From Alkalilimnicola ehrlichii MLHE-1 (GTDB lineage Bacteria > Pseudomonadota > Gammaproteobacteria > Nitrococcales > Halorhodospiraceae), in contig NC_008340.1 of the NCBI RefSeq assembly GCF_000014785.1, positions 1,530,001 through 1,562,000 of the forward strand: a DNA stretch of 32,000 nucleotides, in the 5' to 3' direction. Made by a program: the position numbers and the translations under genes. This document shows positions 1 to 9,899 of this stretch, one piece after another. Numbering within the stretch: the stretch's first letter is position 1; the number at the start of each line of letters is the position of its first letter. The notes below the pieces were generated by a model that did no database searches, was not told the DNA's origin, and worked only from the letters and a program-made list of their open reading frames with translations.

Positions 1-1
1 G

Positions 2-421
2 CCCCGCCTGGGGTTTCCGCTGCAGCTGGACTACGTCCATGCCACCCGCTATCGCGGTGGCCTGAGTGGGCAGAACGACCTGCAGTGGCGGGCGGAGCCG
101 GGTACCCCGGTACGGGACCGGGTGGTGCTGGTGGTGGACGATATCCTGGACGAGGGCCATACCCTGGCCGGGATCGTCGAGGCCCTGCAGGCGCAGGGCG
201 CTGCGGAGGTCCTCACCGCGGTTCTGGTGAACAAGCTCCACCAACGCAAGCATCCCGGGCTGCGCGCCGACTTCGTCGGCCTGGAAGTGCCTGACCGCTA
301 CGTCTTCGGGGTGGGTATGGACTACAAGGGGCTGTGCCGTAACGCCCCGGGAATCTTCGCCGTGCGCGAGCCGGCGCCGGCCACCGGCGACCGGGCTGAA
401 GCAAAGGAGCCGACGCAATGA
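2..421 (+). CDS. hpt: hypoxanthine(-guanine) phosphoribosyltransferase, 5'-truncated by the window edge
   Basis: Frame 2 is open from base 2 ([20 protein letters not shown]...[20 protein letters not shown]). It has the type I PRPP-binding motif [15 protein letters not shown] and the YxHATRYR segment. Ends TGA 419-421. Confidence 0.85.
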   Translation, partial: PRLGFPLQLDYVHATRYRGGLSGQNDLQWRAEPGTPVRDRVVLVVDDILDEGHTLAGIVEALQAQGAAEVLTAVLVNKLHQRKHPGLRADFVGLEVPDRYVFGVGMDYKGLCRNAPGIFAVREPAPATGDRAEAKEPTQ

Positions 422-1155
422 CATTGGCAATCATCGGGGGCACCGGCCTGACCACGCTGGAGGGGTTGGAGATCACCCGTCGGGAGGTGGTTCGCACCCC
501 CTTTGGCGAGCCGTCCGGGCCGGTCATTCATGGCGTGCTCCAGGGGCGGGAGGTGATGTTTCTCGCCCGCCATGGCTATGCCCACACCATCCCGCCGCAC
601 CAGATCAACTACCGGGCCAACATCTGGGCCATGCGTCACCTGGGTGTGCGCAAACTGATCGCGGTGGCCGCAGTGGGCGGGATCAGCGAGGAGATGGAAC
701 CGGCGCGACTGGCCTTTCCGGACCAGATCATCGATTACACGTACGGGCGCCGGCACACCTTCTTCGAGCAGGACCTGACCGATGTGGTGCATATCGATTT
801 CACCTACCCCTACGACCAGGCGCTCCGGGACGTGCTGATCGCGGCGGCGGAGGAGGCCGACCTGGGGGCGGTGCCCTGGGGGACCTACGGTGCCACCCAG
901 GGGCCGCGGCTGGAGACGGCGGCCGAGGTGCGCCGGCTGGCACGGGACGGCTGCCACCTGGTGGGCATGACCGGGATGCCCGAGGCGGCCCTGGCCCGGG
1001 AGGCGGGGCTGGCCTACGCCACCTGCGCGGTGGTGGCGAACTGGGCCGCAGGCACCGGGGGGCGCACCGTCACCATGGACGAGATTGAGGCGAATCTGGT
1101 CCAGGGCATGGGTCGGGTGCGGACCTTGCTGGCACGGGTGGTGCCGCGCCTCTAG
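418..1155 (+). CDS. S-methyl-5'-thioinosine phosphorylase (MTAP/PNP family)
   Basis: 245 aa, [19 protein letters not shown]...[25 protein letters not shown]...[15 protein letters not shown]...[17 protein letters not shown]. Matches the Pseudomonas MTIP-type family; ATG overlaps the upstream stop (ATGA). Confidence 0.88.
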   Translation: MTLAIIGGTGLTTLEGLEITRREVVRTPFGEPSGPVIHGVLQGREVMFLARHGYAHTIPPHQINYRANIWAMRHLGVRKLIAVAAVGGISEEMEPARLAFPDQIIDYTYGRRHTFFEQDLTDVVHIDFTYPYDQALRDVLIAAAEEADLGAVPWGTYGATQGPRLETAAEVRRLARDGCHLVGMTGMPEAALAREAGLAYATCAVVANWAAGTGGRTVTMDEIEANLVQGMGRVRTLLARVVPRL

Positions 1156-1159
1156 CCCC

Positions 1160-2146
1160 CTATCCGCGACCCTTGCTTGGCGGGTGGGCCGCCTCCGGTA
1201 ACGGCCCCACGGTGATGGGCTTGCCCTCTATCAGGGCCGCGCCGTACTCGGCGTGGTCGAGGGGGAGCACGGCCAGCCCGGCAAAGCTGTCCTCGCCATC
1301 GCTCTCCGCCACCACCACCTGCCCGAGGCGCTTGTCCGCCGGGTCCCGCACCTCGGTGCCCGGCCGTGGGGGCAGGCCTGTCCCGCTGATCGGGAACATC
1401 CGTTTCTTCAGCCGTCCCAGGTAGTGCATGCGCGCCACCACTTCCTGACCGGGGTAGCAGCCCTTGCGGAAGCTTAGGCCGTCGATCACGTCGAGATTGG
1501 CCATCTGCGGGATGAACAGGTCCTGGCTGTCCTGGAAGATCTCGGGCTCGCCGGCCCGGATCTGCAGCAGGCGCCAGTGTTGCGGGTCGCCCACCGGCAG
1601 GTGATGCAGGGCCAGCCAGAGCCGCTTCATGCGGTCCGGACCGGCGATCAGCAGCGCGCGGTCTGCGGCCAGCGCCAGCAGGGTGGCCCCGTGGGTATGG
1701 GTCGTCCCGCTCGGCTCCGGGAGGGTCGTGTTCAACTCCCGGGTGGCGGCGTCCAGGGCCTCCTCACCGTAAAGCCCCAGCAGCAACTGCTCCCCGGAGC
1801 GGTCGTCAAGCGTGACCCGGGCCCGGAGGATGAACATCTGCAACCGGCGCATCACGCCCGTGACCAGTTCGCCCGGGCAGAGCAGCCGGAAGCTCTGATC
1901 GCCGTCGCGGACCACGCGGAACAGGGCCAGCAGGCGGCCCTTGGGGTTGCACCAGCCGGCCAGGCGCCAGCTGCCCTCCGGCATGCCTTCGATATCGTGG
2001 GTCAACTGACTGTGCAGAAAGGTGGTCGCGTCCGGCCCCTCCACGGCAATCACCCCCGCCTCGGGCAAGGGGGTCAAGAGCGTGGCCGGCAGCGTGTCAC
2101 CGCTGACCGGGGCGGTATCCTGAATATCAGTCCAGGTCGCGGACAT
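1160..2146 (-). CDS. ygfZ: folate-binding protein YgfZ/GcvT-like (CAF17 family)
   Basis: KGCYPGQEVVARMHYLGRLKKRMF is the YgfZ signature (KGCYxGQE). The internal ATG at 2146 (MSATWTDIQD) is preceded by GAGGAGG, so it is preferred to the tracked TTG at 2167. Confidence 0.88.
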   Translation of the reverse strand: MSATWTDIQDTAPVSGDTLPATLLTPLPEAGVIAVEGPDATTFLHSQLTHDIEGMPEGSWRLAGWCNPKGRLLALFRVVRDGDQSFRLLCPGELVTGVMRRLQMFILRARVTLDDRSGEQLLLGLYGEEALDAATRELNTTLPEPSGTTHTHGATLLALAADRALLIAGPDRMKRLWLALHHLPVGDPQHWRLLQIRAGEPEIFQDSQDLFIPQMANLDVIDGLSFRKGCYPGQEVVARMHYLGRLKKRMFPISGTGLPPRPGTEVRDPADKRLGQVVVAESDGEDSFAGLAVLPLDHAEYGAALIEGKPITVGPLPEAAHPPSKGRG

Positions 2147-2223
2147 CAAGACCTCCTCAGTACCCAACGGGCCTATGGCATAATGGCTGTCGCCCTGACA
2201 GCGAATAATCTCAGGAGAGGGAA

Positions 2224-2403
2224 ATGCGCAAACCCGACGCCGAGCAACAGCCTGTTGCGGATTCCAAAAACGATGCCCGGGATGATACCACGGGGGCCGT
2301 CGCTGCCGGTGACGGGCGGCCGAAGGAGATCGGCGGGCCCAAGGGGCCGGAGCCGACCCGCTACGGCGATTGGGAGCGTAACGGCCGTTGCTCGGACTTC
2401 TGA
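2224..2403 (+). CDS. DUF1674 / succinate dehydrogenase assembly factor 4 (SDHAF4)-like small protein
   Basis: Not in the ORF track (59 aa). Hand translation: [59 protein letters not shown]. The C-terminal [25 protein letters not shown] matches the DUF1674/SDHAF4 signature. RBS-like ggagaggg lies just before the ATG, and the gene is directly upstream of sdhCDAB. Confidence 0.88.
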   Translation: MRKPDAEQQPVADSKNDARDDTTGAVAAGDGRPKEIGGPKGPEPTRYGDWERNGRCSDF

Positions 2404-2589
2404 TCCCGGCCGTTGCACTGCGGCATATGGGAAGGCACTTTCGGTACCTTCTGTAATCAGTTGATAAATAACCGGGTTCATCCTGACGCTCCCGGCGCTG
2501 ATTGACCCATCAGGTTGCTTTATCCGGTCCATAGCGCTAGCTTATGCGCCGGAAAGAATCACCCGTCCCTACAGCGGAGTGTCACAATA

Positions 2590-2982
2590 ATGCAGACGGA
2601 TAACAGGCCGCTTTCTCCACACCTGCAGGTTTACAAGCCGCAGCTCACTTCTGTGTTGTCCATTTGCCACCGGGGCAGTGGCGTCGTCCTGGCGCTGGGC
2701 AGCATCATCCTCGTCTGGTGGCTGTCGGCCCTGGCCGCCGGGCCGGAGGCCTTCGCCACCGTCAACGGCGTGGTGGGCAGCTTCATCGGCAAGGTGATCC
2801 TGTTCCTGTTCACGCTGGCGCTTTTCTACCACCTGTGTAACGGCATTCGTCACCTGGTCTGGGATACCGGGCGCGGTTTCGAGCTTGAGTCGGTGTACCG
2901 GTCCGGGTATCTGGTGGTCATCGCCAGCGTCGTGCTGACGGTGGTGGTCTGGATCGTCGCCCTGAGCACGGGAGGTGCCTGA
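2590..2982 (+). CDS. sdhC: succinate dehydrogenase cytochrome b556 subunit
   Basis: MQTDNRPLSPHLQVYKPQLTSVLSICHRGSGVVLALGS... with FYHLCNGIRHLVWDTG. Start is the internal ATG at 2590; ATG/TGA overlap with sdhD. Confidence 0.93.
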   Translation: MQTDNRPLSPHLQVYKPQLTSVLSICHRGSGVVLALGSIILVWWLSALAAGPEAFATVNGVVGSFIGKVILFLFTLALFYHLCNGIRHLVWDTGRGFELESVYRSGYLVVIASVVLTVVVWIVALSTGGA

Positions 2983-3362
2983 TGAACCTGAGGACGAATA
3001 TCAAAGAGGCGCAGGGCCTGGGCTCTGCCAAGGACGGGGTCAGCCATTGGTGGCTGCAACGGCTCACCGCCGTGGCCCTGGTTCCCCTCATGCTCTGGCT
3101 GGCCTTCGGGCTTGCCCGCCACGGCGGGGCCGGCTATGAGGCCACCGTGGCCTGGGTCGCCAACCCGATGACCACGGTGCTCTGGGTGCTGTCCCTGGCG
3201 GCGCTGTTCTGGCACATCAAGCTGGGCCTGCAGGTGGTCATTGAGGACTACGTGCACGACGAGAGAGCCAAGTTCGCGAGCCTGATCGCGATGAAATTCA
3301 TCACCGTGCTGCTGGCCGCCATCGCCATCCTGGCGGTGCTGCGTGTCGCGCTGGGGAGCTGA
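2982..3362 (+). CDS. sdhD: succinate dehydrogenase membrane anchor subunit
   Basis: 126 aa, three hydrophobic segments, [23 protein letters not shown] motif, position between sdhC and sdhA. Confidence 0.92.
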   Translation: MNLRTNIKEAQGLGSAKDGVSHWWLQRLTAVALVPLMLWLAFGLARHGGAGYEATVAWVANPMTTVLWVLSLAALFWHIKLGLQVVIEDYVHDERAKFASLIAMKFITVLLAAIAILAVLRVALGS

Positions 3363-3366
3363 GTCA

Positions 3367-5157
3367 ATGGCGGGCGATTACAAAATTATCGATCATCATT
3401 ACGATGTGGTGGTGGTGGGCGCCGGCGGTGCCGGTCTGCGCGCCACCTTTGGTATGGCCGAGAAGGGCCTGAAGACGGCCTGCGTCACCAAGGTCTTTCC
3501 CACCCGTAGCCATACCGTGGCGGCTCAGGGGGGCGTGTCCGCCGCGCTGGGCAACATGGGCGAGGACGACTGGCGCTATCACGCCTATGACACCATCAAG
3601 GGGTCGGACTGGCTGGGCGACCAGGACGCCATCGAGTACATGTGCCGCGAGGCGATCCCGGCCATTATCGAGCTGGAGCACTACGGCGTGCCCTTCTCCC
3701 GCACCGAGGAGGGCAAGATCTACCAGCGGCCCTTCGGCGGTATGACGGTGCGTTACGGCGAGGGCACGGCGCAGCGCACCTGCGCCGCCGCCGACCGGAC
3801 CGGCCACGCCATTCTGCACACCCTGTATCAGCAGGCGCTGGCCCACCAGGCGGAGTTCTTTATCGAGTACTTCGCCATCGATTTGATCATGGAGGACGAC
3901 CGTTGCCGCGGGGTGGTTGCCCTTAACCTGGCGGACGGGACCATCCACCGCTTTATCGGTCAGATCACTGTGCTGGCCACCGGGGGGTACGGCCGGTCCT
4001 ACTTCTCCTGCACCTCGGCCCATACCTGCACCGGCGACGGCAGCGGCATGGTGCTGCGGGCCGGCCTGCCGCTGCAGGACATGGAGTTCGTGCAGTTCCA
4101 CCCCACCGGGGTTTACGGCTCCGGCTGCCTGATCACCGAGGGCGTGCGCGGTGAGGGCGGTTACCTGACCAACTCCGAGGGTGAGCGTTTCATGGAGCGT
4201 TACGCGCCCAACGCCAAGGACCTGGCCTCCCGCGACGTGGTCAGCCGCTCGATGACGGTGGAGATCCGCGAGGGCCGGGGCGTGGGTCCGAAGAAGGACC
4301 ATATCCACCTGCACCTGGAGCACCTGGGTGCCGAGGTTATCCACGAGCGGCTGCCCGGCATCGCCGAGACGGCGCGGATCTTCGCCGGCGTGGATGTCAC
4401 CAAGGAGCCGATCCCGGTTATCCCGACGGTGCACTACAACATGGGTGGGATCCCCACCAATTATCAGGGTGAGGTGGTCACCCTGAAGGATGGCAACCCG
4501 GACCAGGTGGTGCCGGGGCTGATGGCCATCGGTGAGGCGGCCTGCGTCTCGGTGCACGGCGCCAACCGCCTGGGTTCCAACTCGCTGCTCGACCTGGTGG
4601 TGTTCGGCCGCGCCGCAGCCATCCGCGCCGCTGAGCTCATCAAGGAGGGCGACACGGTGCAGCGGGCGCTGCAGCCGGGCGCCGGCGACCTGGCGTTGGA
4701 GCGGCTCGAGCGGCTGCGTAACGCCAAGGGCAGCAAGCCCACCGCGGAGATCCGCGACGGCATGCAGGAGACCATGCAGAACTTCGCCGCGGTCTTCCGC
4801 ACCGGCGAGAGCCTGCAGGAGGGCTGTGAGCGCATGGCCGCCGTCTATGCCTCCTTCGAGGACGTGGCGGTGAGTGACCGCAGCCTGATCTGGAACTCCG
4901 ATCTGGTGGAGACGCTGGAGCTGGAGAACCTGCTGGGCAACGCGGTGGCGACCATTGAGTCCGCCCGCAACCGCGAAGAGAGCCGGGGCGCGCATGCCCG
5001 CGAGGACTTCCCGGAGCGTGACGACGACAACTGGCATAAGCACACCCTGTCGTGGGTGGGCCAGGACGGCAAGGTCAAGCTGGACTACCGGCCGGTGCAC
5101 ATGTACACGCTCACCGATGAGATGGAAGTCATTCCGCCCAAGGCGCGTGTCTACTAG
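3367..5157 (+). CDS. sdhA: succinate dehydrogenase flavoprotein subunit
   Basis: [34 protein letters not shown]..., FAD-attachment region [17 protein letters not shown], catalytic [21 protein letters not shown]. Start set to ATG 3367. Confidence 0.97.
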   Translation: MAGDYKIIDHHYDVVVVGAGGAGLRATFGMAEKGLKTACVTKVFPTRSHTVAAQGGVSAALGNMGEDDWRYHAYDTIKGSDWLGDQDAIEYMCREAIPAIIELEHYGVPFSRTEEGKIYQRPFGGMTVRYGEGTAQRTCAAADRTGHAILHTLYQQALAHQAEFFIEYFAIDLIMEDDRCRGVVALNLADGTIHRFIGQITVLATGGYGRSYFSCTSAHTCTGDGSGMVLRAGLPLQDMEFVQFHPTGVYGSGCLITEGVRGEGGYLTNSEGERFMERYAPNAKDLASRDVVSRSMTVEIREGRGVGPKKDHIHLHLEHLGAEVIHERLPGIAETARIFAGVDVTKEPIPVIPTVHYNMGGIPTNYQGEVVTLKDGNPDQVVPGLMAIGEAACVSVHGANRLGSNSLLDLVVFGRAAAIRAAELIKEGDTVQRALQPGAGDLALERLERLRNAKGSKPTAEIRDGMQETMQNFAAVFRTGESLQEGCERMAAVYASFEDVAVSDRSLIWNSDLVETLELENLLGNAVATIESARNREESRGAHAREDFPERDDDNWHKHTLSWVGQDGKVKLDYRPVHMYTLTDEMEVIPPKARVY

Positions 5158-5175
5158 GCGAGGAGGTAACAGGTA

Positions 5176-5952
5176 ATGGCAGAATTCAAGCTTCCCGCCA
5201 ACTCCGTGGTGGGCGAGGGCAAGACCTGGAAGGCCGAGTCCGGCGGCAACGTCCGCCAGTTCAAGATCTACCGGTGGGATCCGGACGCCGGTCAGAACCC
5301 GCGTCTGGACACCTACGAGGTGGACCTGGATAACTGTGGGCCGATGGTGCTGGACGCCCTGATCAAGATCAAGAACGAAGTGGACCCAACGCTGACCTTC
5401 CGGCGCTCCTGCCGTGAGGGGATCTGCGGCTCCTGTGCCATGAACATCGACGGCACCAACACCCTGGCCTGCACCAAGGCCATTGACGAGGTGCGGGGGG
5501 ATGTCAAGATCTACCCGCTGCCACACATGTCGGTGGTCAAGGACCTGGTGCCGGACATGACCCACTTCTACGCCCAGTACGCCTCCATCAAGCCCTGGAT
5601 GCGCACCCAGACCCCGGCCCCGCCGGATCAGGAGCGCCTTCAGTCCAAGGAGGACCGGGCCAAGCTGGACGGGCTCTATGAGTGCATCCTCTGCGCCTGC
5701 TGCTCCACCAGCTGCCCGAGCTACTGGTGGAACAGCGATCGGTATCTGGGCCCGGCCATCCTGCTGCAGGCCTACCGCTGGATCGTCGACAGCCGCGACG
5801 AGGCCACCGGCGAACGGCTGGACGAGCTGGAGGACCCCTTCAAGCTCTATCGCTGCCACACCATCATGAACTGCGCGAAGACCTGTCCCAAGGGGCTTAA
5901 CCCGGGTAAGGCCATCGCGGAGATCAAGAAGATGCTGGTGATGCGGCGGTAA
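5176..5952 (+). CDS. sdhB: succinate dehydrogenase iron-sulfur subunit
   Basis: 258 aa, [21 protein letters not shown] [2Fe-2S] motif and [16 protein letters not shown] / [21 protein letters not shown] Fe-S motifs. Confidence 0.97.
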   Translation: MAEFKLPANSVVGEGKTWKAESGGNVRQFKIYRWDPDAGQNPRLDTYEVDLDNCGPMVLDALIKIKNEVDPTLTFRRSCREGICGSCAMNIDGTNTLACTKAIDEVRGDVKIYPLPHMSVVKDLVPDMTHFYAQYASIKPWMRTQTPAPPDQERLQSKEDRAKLDGLYECILCACCSTSCPSYWWNSDRYLGPAILLQAYRWIVDSRDEATGERLDELEDPFKLYRCHTIMNCAKTCPKGLNPGKAIAEIKKMLVMRR

Positions 5953-5957
5953 CCGGC

Positions 5958-6200
5958 GTGACGGCTGAGTTGAAACGGTTGCGCTGGCGCTGCCGGCGCG
6001 GCACCAAGGAGCTGGACATCCTCTTCGAGCGTTTCCTTGCTAAGGGCTATGGGGCGCTGACCGACAGCGAGCGGGTCACCTTCGAGCGCCTGCTGGACTG
6101 CGAGGATGACCAGCTTCAGGCGTGGCTTTTAACCGACCGCCGGCCCACGGATGGGGCCCTGGATGCATTGGTTCAGCGAATACGGAACATACCGCGTTGA
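5958..6200 (+). CDS. sdhE: FAD assembly factor SdhE (YgfY/DUF339)
   Basis: KRLRWRCRRGTKELDILFERFLAKGYGALTDSERVTFERLLDCEDDQLQAWLL is the conserved SdhE family core. GTG start, directly after sdhB. Confidence 0.93.
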   Translation: MTAELKRLRWRCRRGTKELDILFERFLAKGYGALTDSERVTFERLLDCEDDQLQAWLLTDRRPTDGALDALVQRIRNIPR

Positions 6201-6675
6201 TCTGCAAGGGCCGACCCCGCCGGGGTCGGCCCTTTTGCTATTGGCGCCCTACACCGTGGGCATCGTTGCGGCGCTGACGCTGTTACCTCGGTGGACCAGC
6301 GCCGCTGTGGCGTTGGGGCTGGCGGCGATGGCCCTGCGGGCCGTCCACCTCTACCTGCGGCCGCGCGCACCGCGCCGGGTGACGGCGCTGGCGCTGGGAC
6401 CGGACGGCGGCCTCCAGGTCCGCTTCAGCGATCGGTCGTGGCGGCCGGCGCGGGTGCGCTGCGACGCCACACTACCGGGTGCTTGCCTGCTGGCACTGGA
6501 CAGTGAGCGCGGGGCGTTGTTCGTACCCGTGCGGCGCCGGGCCGTGGCGGACCGGAGCTGGCGCCGACTGCGCTGCTGGCTGCAGCACGGGCAGGGGGCG
6601 GGGGCGGTGACGGCGCCGCCTGCCGGATCGGCCGGCGAGCGGATACGCGGGCTGGTCAGACGGCGCCGGCCTTGA
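6151..6675 (+). CDS. ygfX: YgfX-like membrane protein
   Basis: Overlaps the 3' end of sdhE as in other sdhE-ygfX pairs. Two N-terminal hydrophobic segments, then a basic soluble tail ending in [11 protein letters not shown]. Start uncertain (ATG 6151 or 6163; TTG 6241 and GTG 6256 are also in frame). Confidence 0.7.
   Translation: MGPWMHWFSEYGTYRVDLQGPTPPGSALLLLAPYTVGIVAALTLLPRWTSAAVALGLAAMALRAVHLYLRPRAPRRVTALALGPDGGLQVRFSDRSWRPARVRCDATLPGACLLALDSERGALFVPVRRRAVADRSWRRLRCWLQHGQGAGAVTAPPAGSAGERIRGLVRRRRP
6206..6236 (+). terminator. intrinsic-terminator-like hairpin just after the sdhE stop
   Basis: AAGGGCCGACCCC-gcc-GGGGTCGGCCCTT, a perfect 13-bp stem with a 3-nt loop running into TTTT. Begins 6 nt after the sdhE TGA (6198-6200). 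Confidence 0.75.
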
Positions 6676-8290
6676 GGTGGCCAAAGGGGGCCGGGGGGCG
6701 GGGCGTCAGCACCGTCGGTGTGGGTGGCGGGTCGATGGCCCGGCGCGGGTGATCAATGGTGTAGTGCAGGCCGCGGCTCTCCTTGCGGGCGCGGGCACTG
6801 CGCACGATCAGGTCGGCGACCACCACCAGATTGCGCAGCTCCAAGAGATCGGCGTTGACGCGGAAGTTGCCGTAGTACTCCTGTATCTCATGGCTGAGCA
6901 GCTCCACCCGGCGCGCGGCACGCTCCAGCCTTTTGTCGCTGCGCACGATGCCCACGTAATCCCACATGAAGCGCCGCAGCTCGGCCCAGTTGTGGCTGAC
7001 CACGACCTGTTCGTCGGAGTCGGTGACCTGGCTGTCATCCCAGGGGGGCAGGGTCGGCGGCGACGGCAGCTCAGGCAGTTGCGCGGCAATGTCCTCGGCG
7101 GCGGCGCGGGCGTAAACCAGGCACTCCAGCAGGGAGTTGCTGGCCAGGCGGTTGGCGCCGTGCAACCCGGTGTAGGCGGTCTCCCCCACTGCATATAGGC
7201 CGGGCACGTCCGTCCGCGCCCGGTGGTCCACGTGGACACCGCCGCAGGTGTAGTGGGCGGCCGGCACCACCGGGATGGGCTCGCGAGTGATGTCGAGCCC
7301 GTAGTCGAGACAGCGGGCGTGGATGGTGGGGAAGTGCTCACGGATGAAATCCGCCGGCCGGTGGCTGATGTCCAGATAGACACAGGGGGCGCCGAGCCGT
7401 TTCATTTCGTGGTCTATCGCCCGGGCCACGATATCCCGGGGCGCCAGCTCGCCGCGCTCGTCAAAGCGCTGCATGAAGGGCTCGCCGTCCGGTAAAAGGA
7501 GCCGTCCGCCCTCACCGCGCACCGCTTCGCTGATCAGGAAGGACTTGGCCTTGGGGTGGTACAGGCAGGTGGGGTGGAACTGATTGAACTCCATATTGGT
7601 CACCCGGCAGCCGGCGCGCCAGGCCATGGCGATGCCATCGCCGGTGGAGCCGTCCGGGTTGGTGGTAAACCGATAGGCCTTGCTCGCGCCGCCGGTGGCC
7701 AGAACCACGCAGCGGGCCGGCACCACCTCGACCCGGCCGCTGGCCTCGGAGAGCACGTAAGCGCCCAGGCAGCGGTCGTGGTCCAGGGCCAGCTTGCGCC
7801 CGGTGATCAGGTCCACCGCCACCCGGTGGGGCAGCAGGGTGATATTGGGCGCGGCCCGCACCGCATCGATCAGGGTCGTCTCGATGGCCCGGCCGGTGGC
7901 GTCGGCGGCGTGCACGATGCGGCGGTGGCTGTGCCCGCCCTCGCGGTGCAGATGCAGCACCGGGGCCCCATCCTCACCCGGCTGGGTGGAGAAGGGCACC
8001 TGGTGCTCAAGTAGCCACTCGATGGCATCGGCGGCGCGGGTGGCCACGAAGCGGGCCGCCTCGGGGTCAGAGAGGCCGGCGCCGGCGTCCAGGGTGTCCC
8101 GGACGTGGTTCTCCACCGAGTCCGCCGCGTCGAGCACCGCCGAGACGCCGCCCTGGGCATACAGGGTGGCGCCTTCATGGAGTTCGTCTTTGGAGAGCAC
8201 CGCGATACGCAGCTGGCGGGGCAGGCGCAACGCCGCAGTCAGACCGGCGACGCCGCTGCCGATGATCAATACGTCGTACGACTTGGGCAT
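6656..8290 (-). CDS. nadB: L-aspartate oxidase
   Basis: [24 protein letters not shown]..., [51 protein letters not shown]. Divergent from rpoE, a familiar arrangement. Start placed at ATG 8290. Confidence 0.96.
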   Translation of the reverse strand: MPKSYDVLIIGSGVAGLTAALRLPRQLRIAVLSKDELHEGATLYAQGGVSAVLDAADSVENHVRDTLDAGAGLSDPEAARFVATRAADAIEWLLEHQVPFSTQPGEDGAPVLHLHREGGHSHRRIVHAADATGRAIETTLIDAVRAAPNITLLPHRVAVDLITGRKLALDHDRCLGAYVLSEASGRVEVVPARCVVLATGGASKAYRFTTNPDGSTGDGIAMAWRAGCRVTNMEFNQFHPTCLYHPKAKSFLISEAVRGEGGRLLLPDGEPFMQRFDERGELAPRDIVARAIDHEMKRLGAPCVYLDISHRPADFIREHFPTIHARCLDYGLDITREPIPVVPAAHYTCGGVHVDHRARTDVPGLYAVGETAYTGLHGANRLASNSLLECLVYARAAAEDIAAQLPELPSPPTLPPWDDSQVTDSDEQVVVSHNWAELRRFMWDYVGIVRSDKRLERAARRVELLSHEIQEYYGNFRVNADLLELRNLVVVADLIVRSARARKESRGLHYTIDHPRRAIDPPPTPTVLTPRPPAPFGHLKAGAV

Positions 8291-8505
8291 GGCGTGTGAA
8301 TCTTGTGGCTCCAGTGGGCGATGAGGCCGGGACGTCACCAACCCCCGACCCTCACCGGGCGGCGGGCTTGCTTGCGTGCCCGATTGCCAATCGGCTAACC
8401 TCAGGCGTCTCGGGGGGGCCTGTCCGTCCCTGGCCGGGTGATGATAATACACCCGGGTTTCCCGCAGATCATGGCTTCCACTATACCCGTAACCCCAGGC
8501 CGCGC

Positions 8506-8532
8506 GAACTATCGATGTTGCACACTGTCTAC
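8506..8532 (+). promoter_or_regulatory. putative sigma-E (AlgU/RpoE)-type promoter of rpoE
   Basis: GAACTA (8506-8511), 16-nt spacer, TCTAC (8528-8532), about 42 nt before the rpoE start. Compared with consensus GAACTT-N16/17-TCTGA. Confidence 0.55.
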
Positions 8533-8573
8533 CGGAAGAGACATAGGGCGCCCCAGGCTCACGGGAAGGTCTC

Positions 8574-9149
8574 GTGAGTTCGGGCGTCGGCGACCAGGAG
8601 CTGGTGGAGCGCGCTCAGGCCGGAGACAAGCGGGCCTTCGACGCGCTGGTGATCAAGTACCAGCAAAAGGTGGTGAAGTTGGTCTCGCGCTATGTGCGCG
8701 AGCCCAGTGACGCGCTGGATATTGCCCAGGAGGCGTTCATCAAGGCCTATCGGGCACTGCCGCGTTTCCGGGGCGACAGCAGCTTCTACACCTGGCTGTA
8801 CCGGATCGCCATCAACACCGCCAAGAACCATCTGGTCGCGCAGGGTCGCCGTCCGCCCGACTCGGACGTCGATGCCGAAGACGCAGAACGCTACGACATC
8901 GACTCGGGGCTGCGCGACCATGACACCCCTGAGGGCTACGCCCGGCGGGACGAGATCGAACGCACGGTGGTGGATGCCATCGAGAGTCTTCCAGAGGATC
9001 TGCGCACCGCGATCACTTTGCGCGAGCTGGAAGGCCTGACGTACGAGGAGATTGCCCAGGCAATGGACTGCCCAGTGGGTACGGTGCGTTCCCGTATCTT
9101 CCGGGCCCGTGAGGCCATCGATAAACGGCTCAGGCCATTGGTTGACTGA
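8574..9149 (+). CDS. rpoE: RNA polymerase sigma factor RpoE (AlgU-like)
   Basis: [77 protein letters not shown]... is strongly diagnostic of RpoE/AlgU. GTG start. Confidence 0.97.
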   Translation: MSSGVGDQELVERAQAGDKRAFDALVIKYQQKVVKLVSRYVREPSDALDIAQEAFIKAYRALPRFRGDSSFYTWLYRIAINTAKNHLVAQGRRPPDSDVDAEDAERYDIDSGLRDHDTPEGYARRDEIERTVVDAIESLPEDLRTAITLRELEGLTYEEIAQAMDCPVGTVRSRIFRAREAIDKRLRPLVD

Positions 9150-9167
9150 AGGCAAAGGTGGAAGGCT

Positions 9168-9899
9168 ATGCGCGACCCGATAGACGATCCGCTCTCAGAG
9201 CAGCTCTCCGCGCTTGCTGACGGCGAACTCTCCCGGGAAGAGCTGCCGCTCCTGCTGGCCCGGCTCGACGAGTCGCCCGAGCGCCGGGCCCGTCTGGCCC
9301 GCTACTATCTGGCACGCGATGGCCTCCAGCGGGCCACGGGCGAGGGCATCGACCTGGGCCTTGCCGATCGGGTCCGGGATGCCCTGCGCGACGAGCCGGC
9401 GCACCGGCCGAGTCGGCGGCCCCTGCCCGGCAGCCATTACCTGCGGCCGGCGGCGGGCCTCGCCCTGGCCGCGTCGGTCGCGCTGGTGGGGGTCCTGGTC
9501 TGGCCGGGTGCGGGTGTCGACGAGGGCGGCGTGCCGGTGGCGCAGGACGGTGCCGGTGCGCAGGTGGCCGCACTGCCCGACGTCAGTCCGGACCTGATCG
9601 GCGACGTGCCGTCGCCCCCCGCCGAGCGGCCTGCCGCAGCCAGTGGTGGTGAGGCCGCCCTGGCGGGGCGTTCATTCCAGGGTGGACCACTGCTCTCGCC
9701 GGCCGCCGATGGTGACCTCCCGGCGCCATCCCGGCAGGGTTTCAGTGCGATCACCCAGGGCGAGTGGGATACCCTCGAGGGCAGTCAGGACCCGCTGCGC
9801 AGTTACATGATCAACCATGCGGAGCATGCCTCCACCGGGCGGATGGGAGGCGTTCTGAATTACGTACGTATCACTGGCAATGAAAGCGCCCGCGACTAG
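9168..9899 (+). CDS. rseA: sigma-E factor negative regulatory protein RseA/MucA
   Basis: EQLSALADGELSREELPLLLARL...RARLARYYLARDGLQ, RseA N-terminal domain, then one TM (YLRPAAGLALAASVALVGVLVW). Directly downstream of rpoE. Confidence 0.9.
   Translation: MRDPIDDPLSEQLSALADGELSREELPLLLARLDESPERRARLARYYLARDGLQRATGEGIDLGLADRVRDALRDEPAHRPSRRPLPGSHYLRPAAGLALAASVALVGVLVWPGAGVDEGGVPVAQDGAGAQVAALPDVSPDLIGDVPSPPAERPAAASGGEAALAGRSFQGGPLLSPAADGDLPAPSRQGFSAITQGEWDTLEGSQDPLRSYMINHAEHASTGRMGGVLNYVRITGNESARD

Noticed and set aside
2173-2532. 119-aa minus-strand ORF covering the intergenic region before sdhC
   Set aside because: It covers the plausible plus-strand DUF1674/SDHAF4-like ORF and has no recognisable family motif.
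3364-5859. 831-aa minus-strand ORF antisense to sdhA and sdhB
   Set aside because: Translation is low-complexity His/Val/Gln/Gly/Leu-rich with no family signature and lies opposite two certain genes. It is a codon-bias artefact of high-GC DNA.
8437-8460. AT-rich patch (gataatacac) as the nadB promoter
   Set aside because: A minus-strand TATTAT is present but the -35 position (ATGATC) matches the consensus poorly, so it is not supportable by sequence alone.
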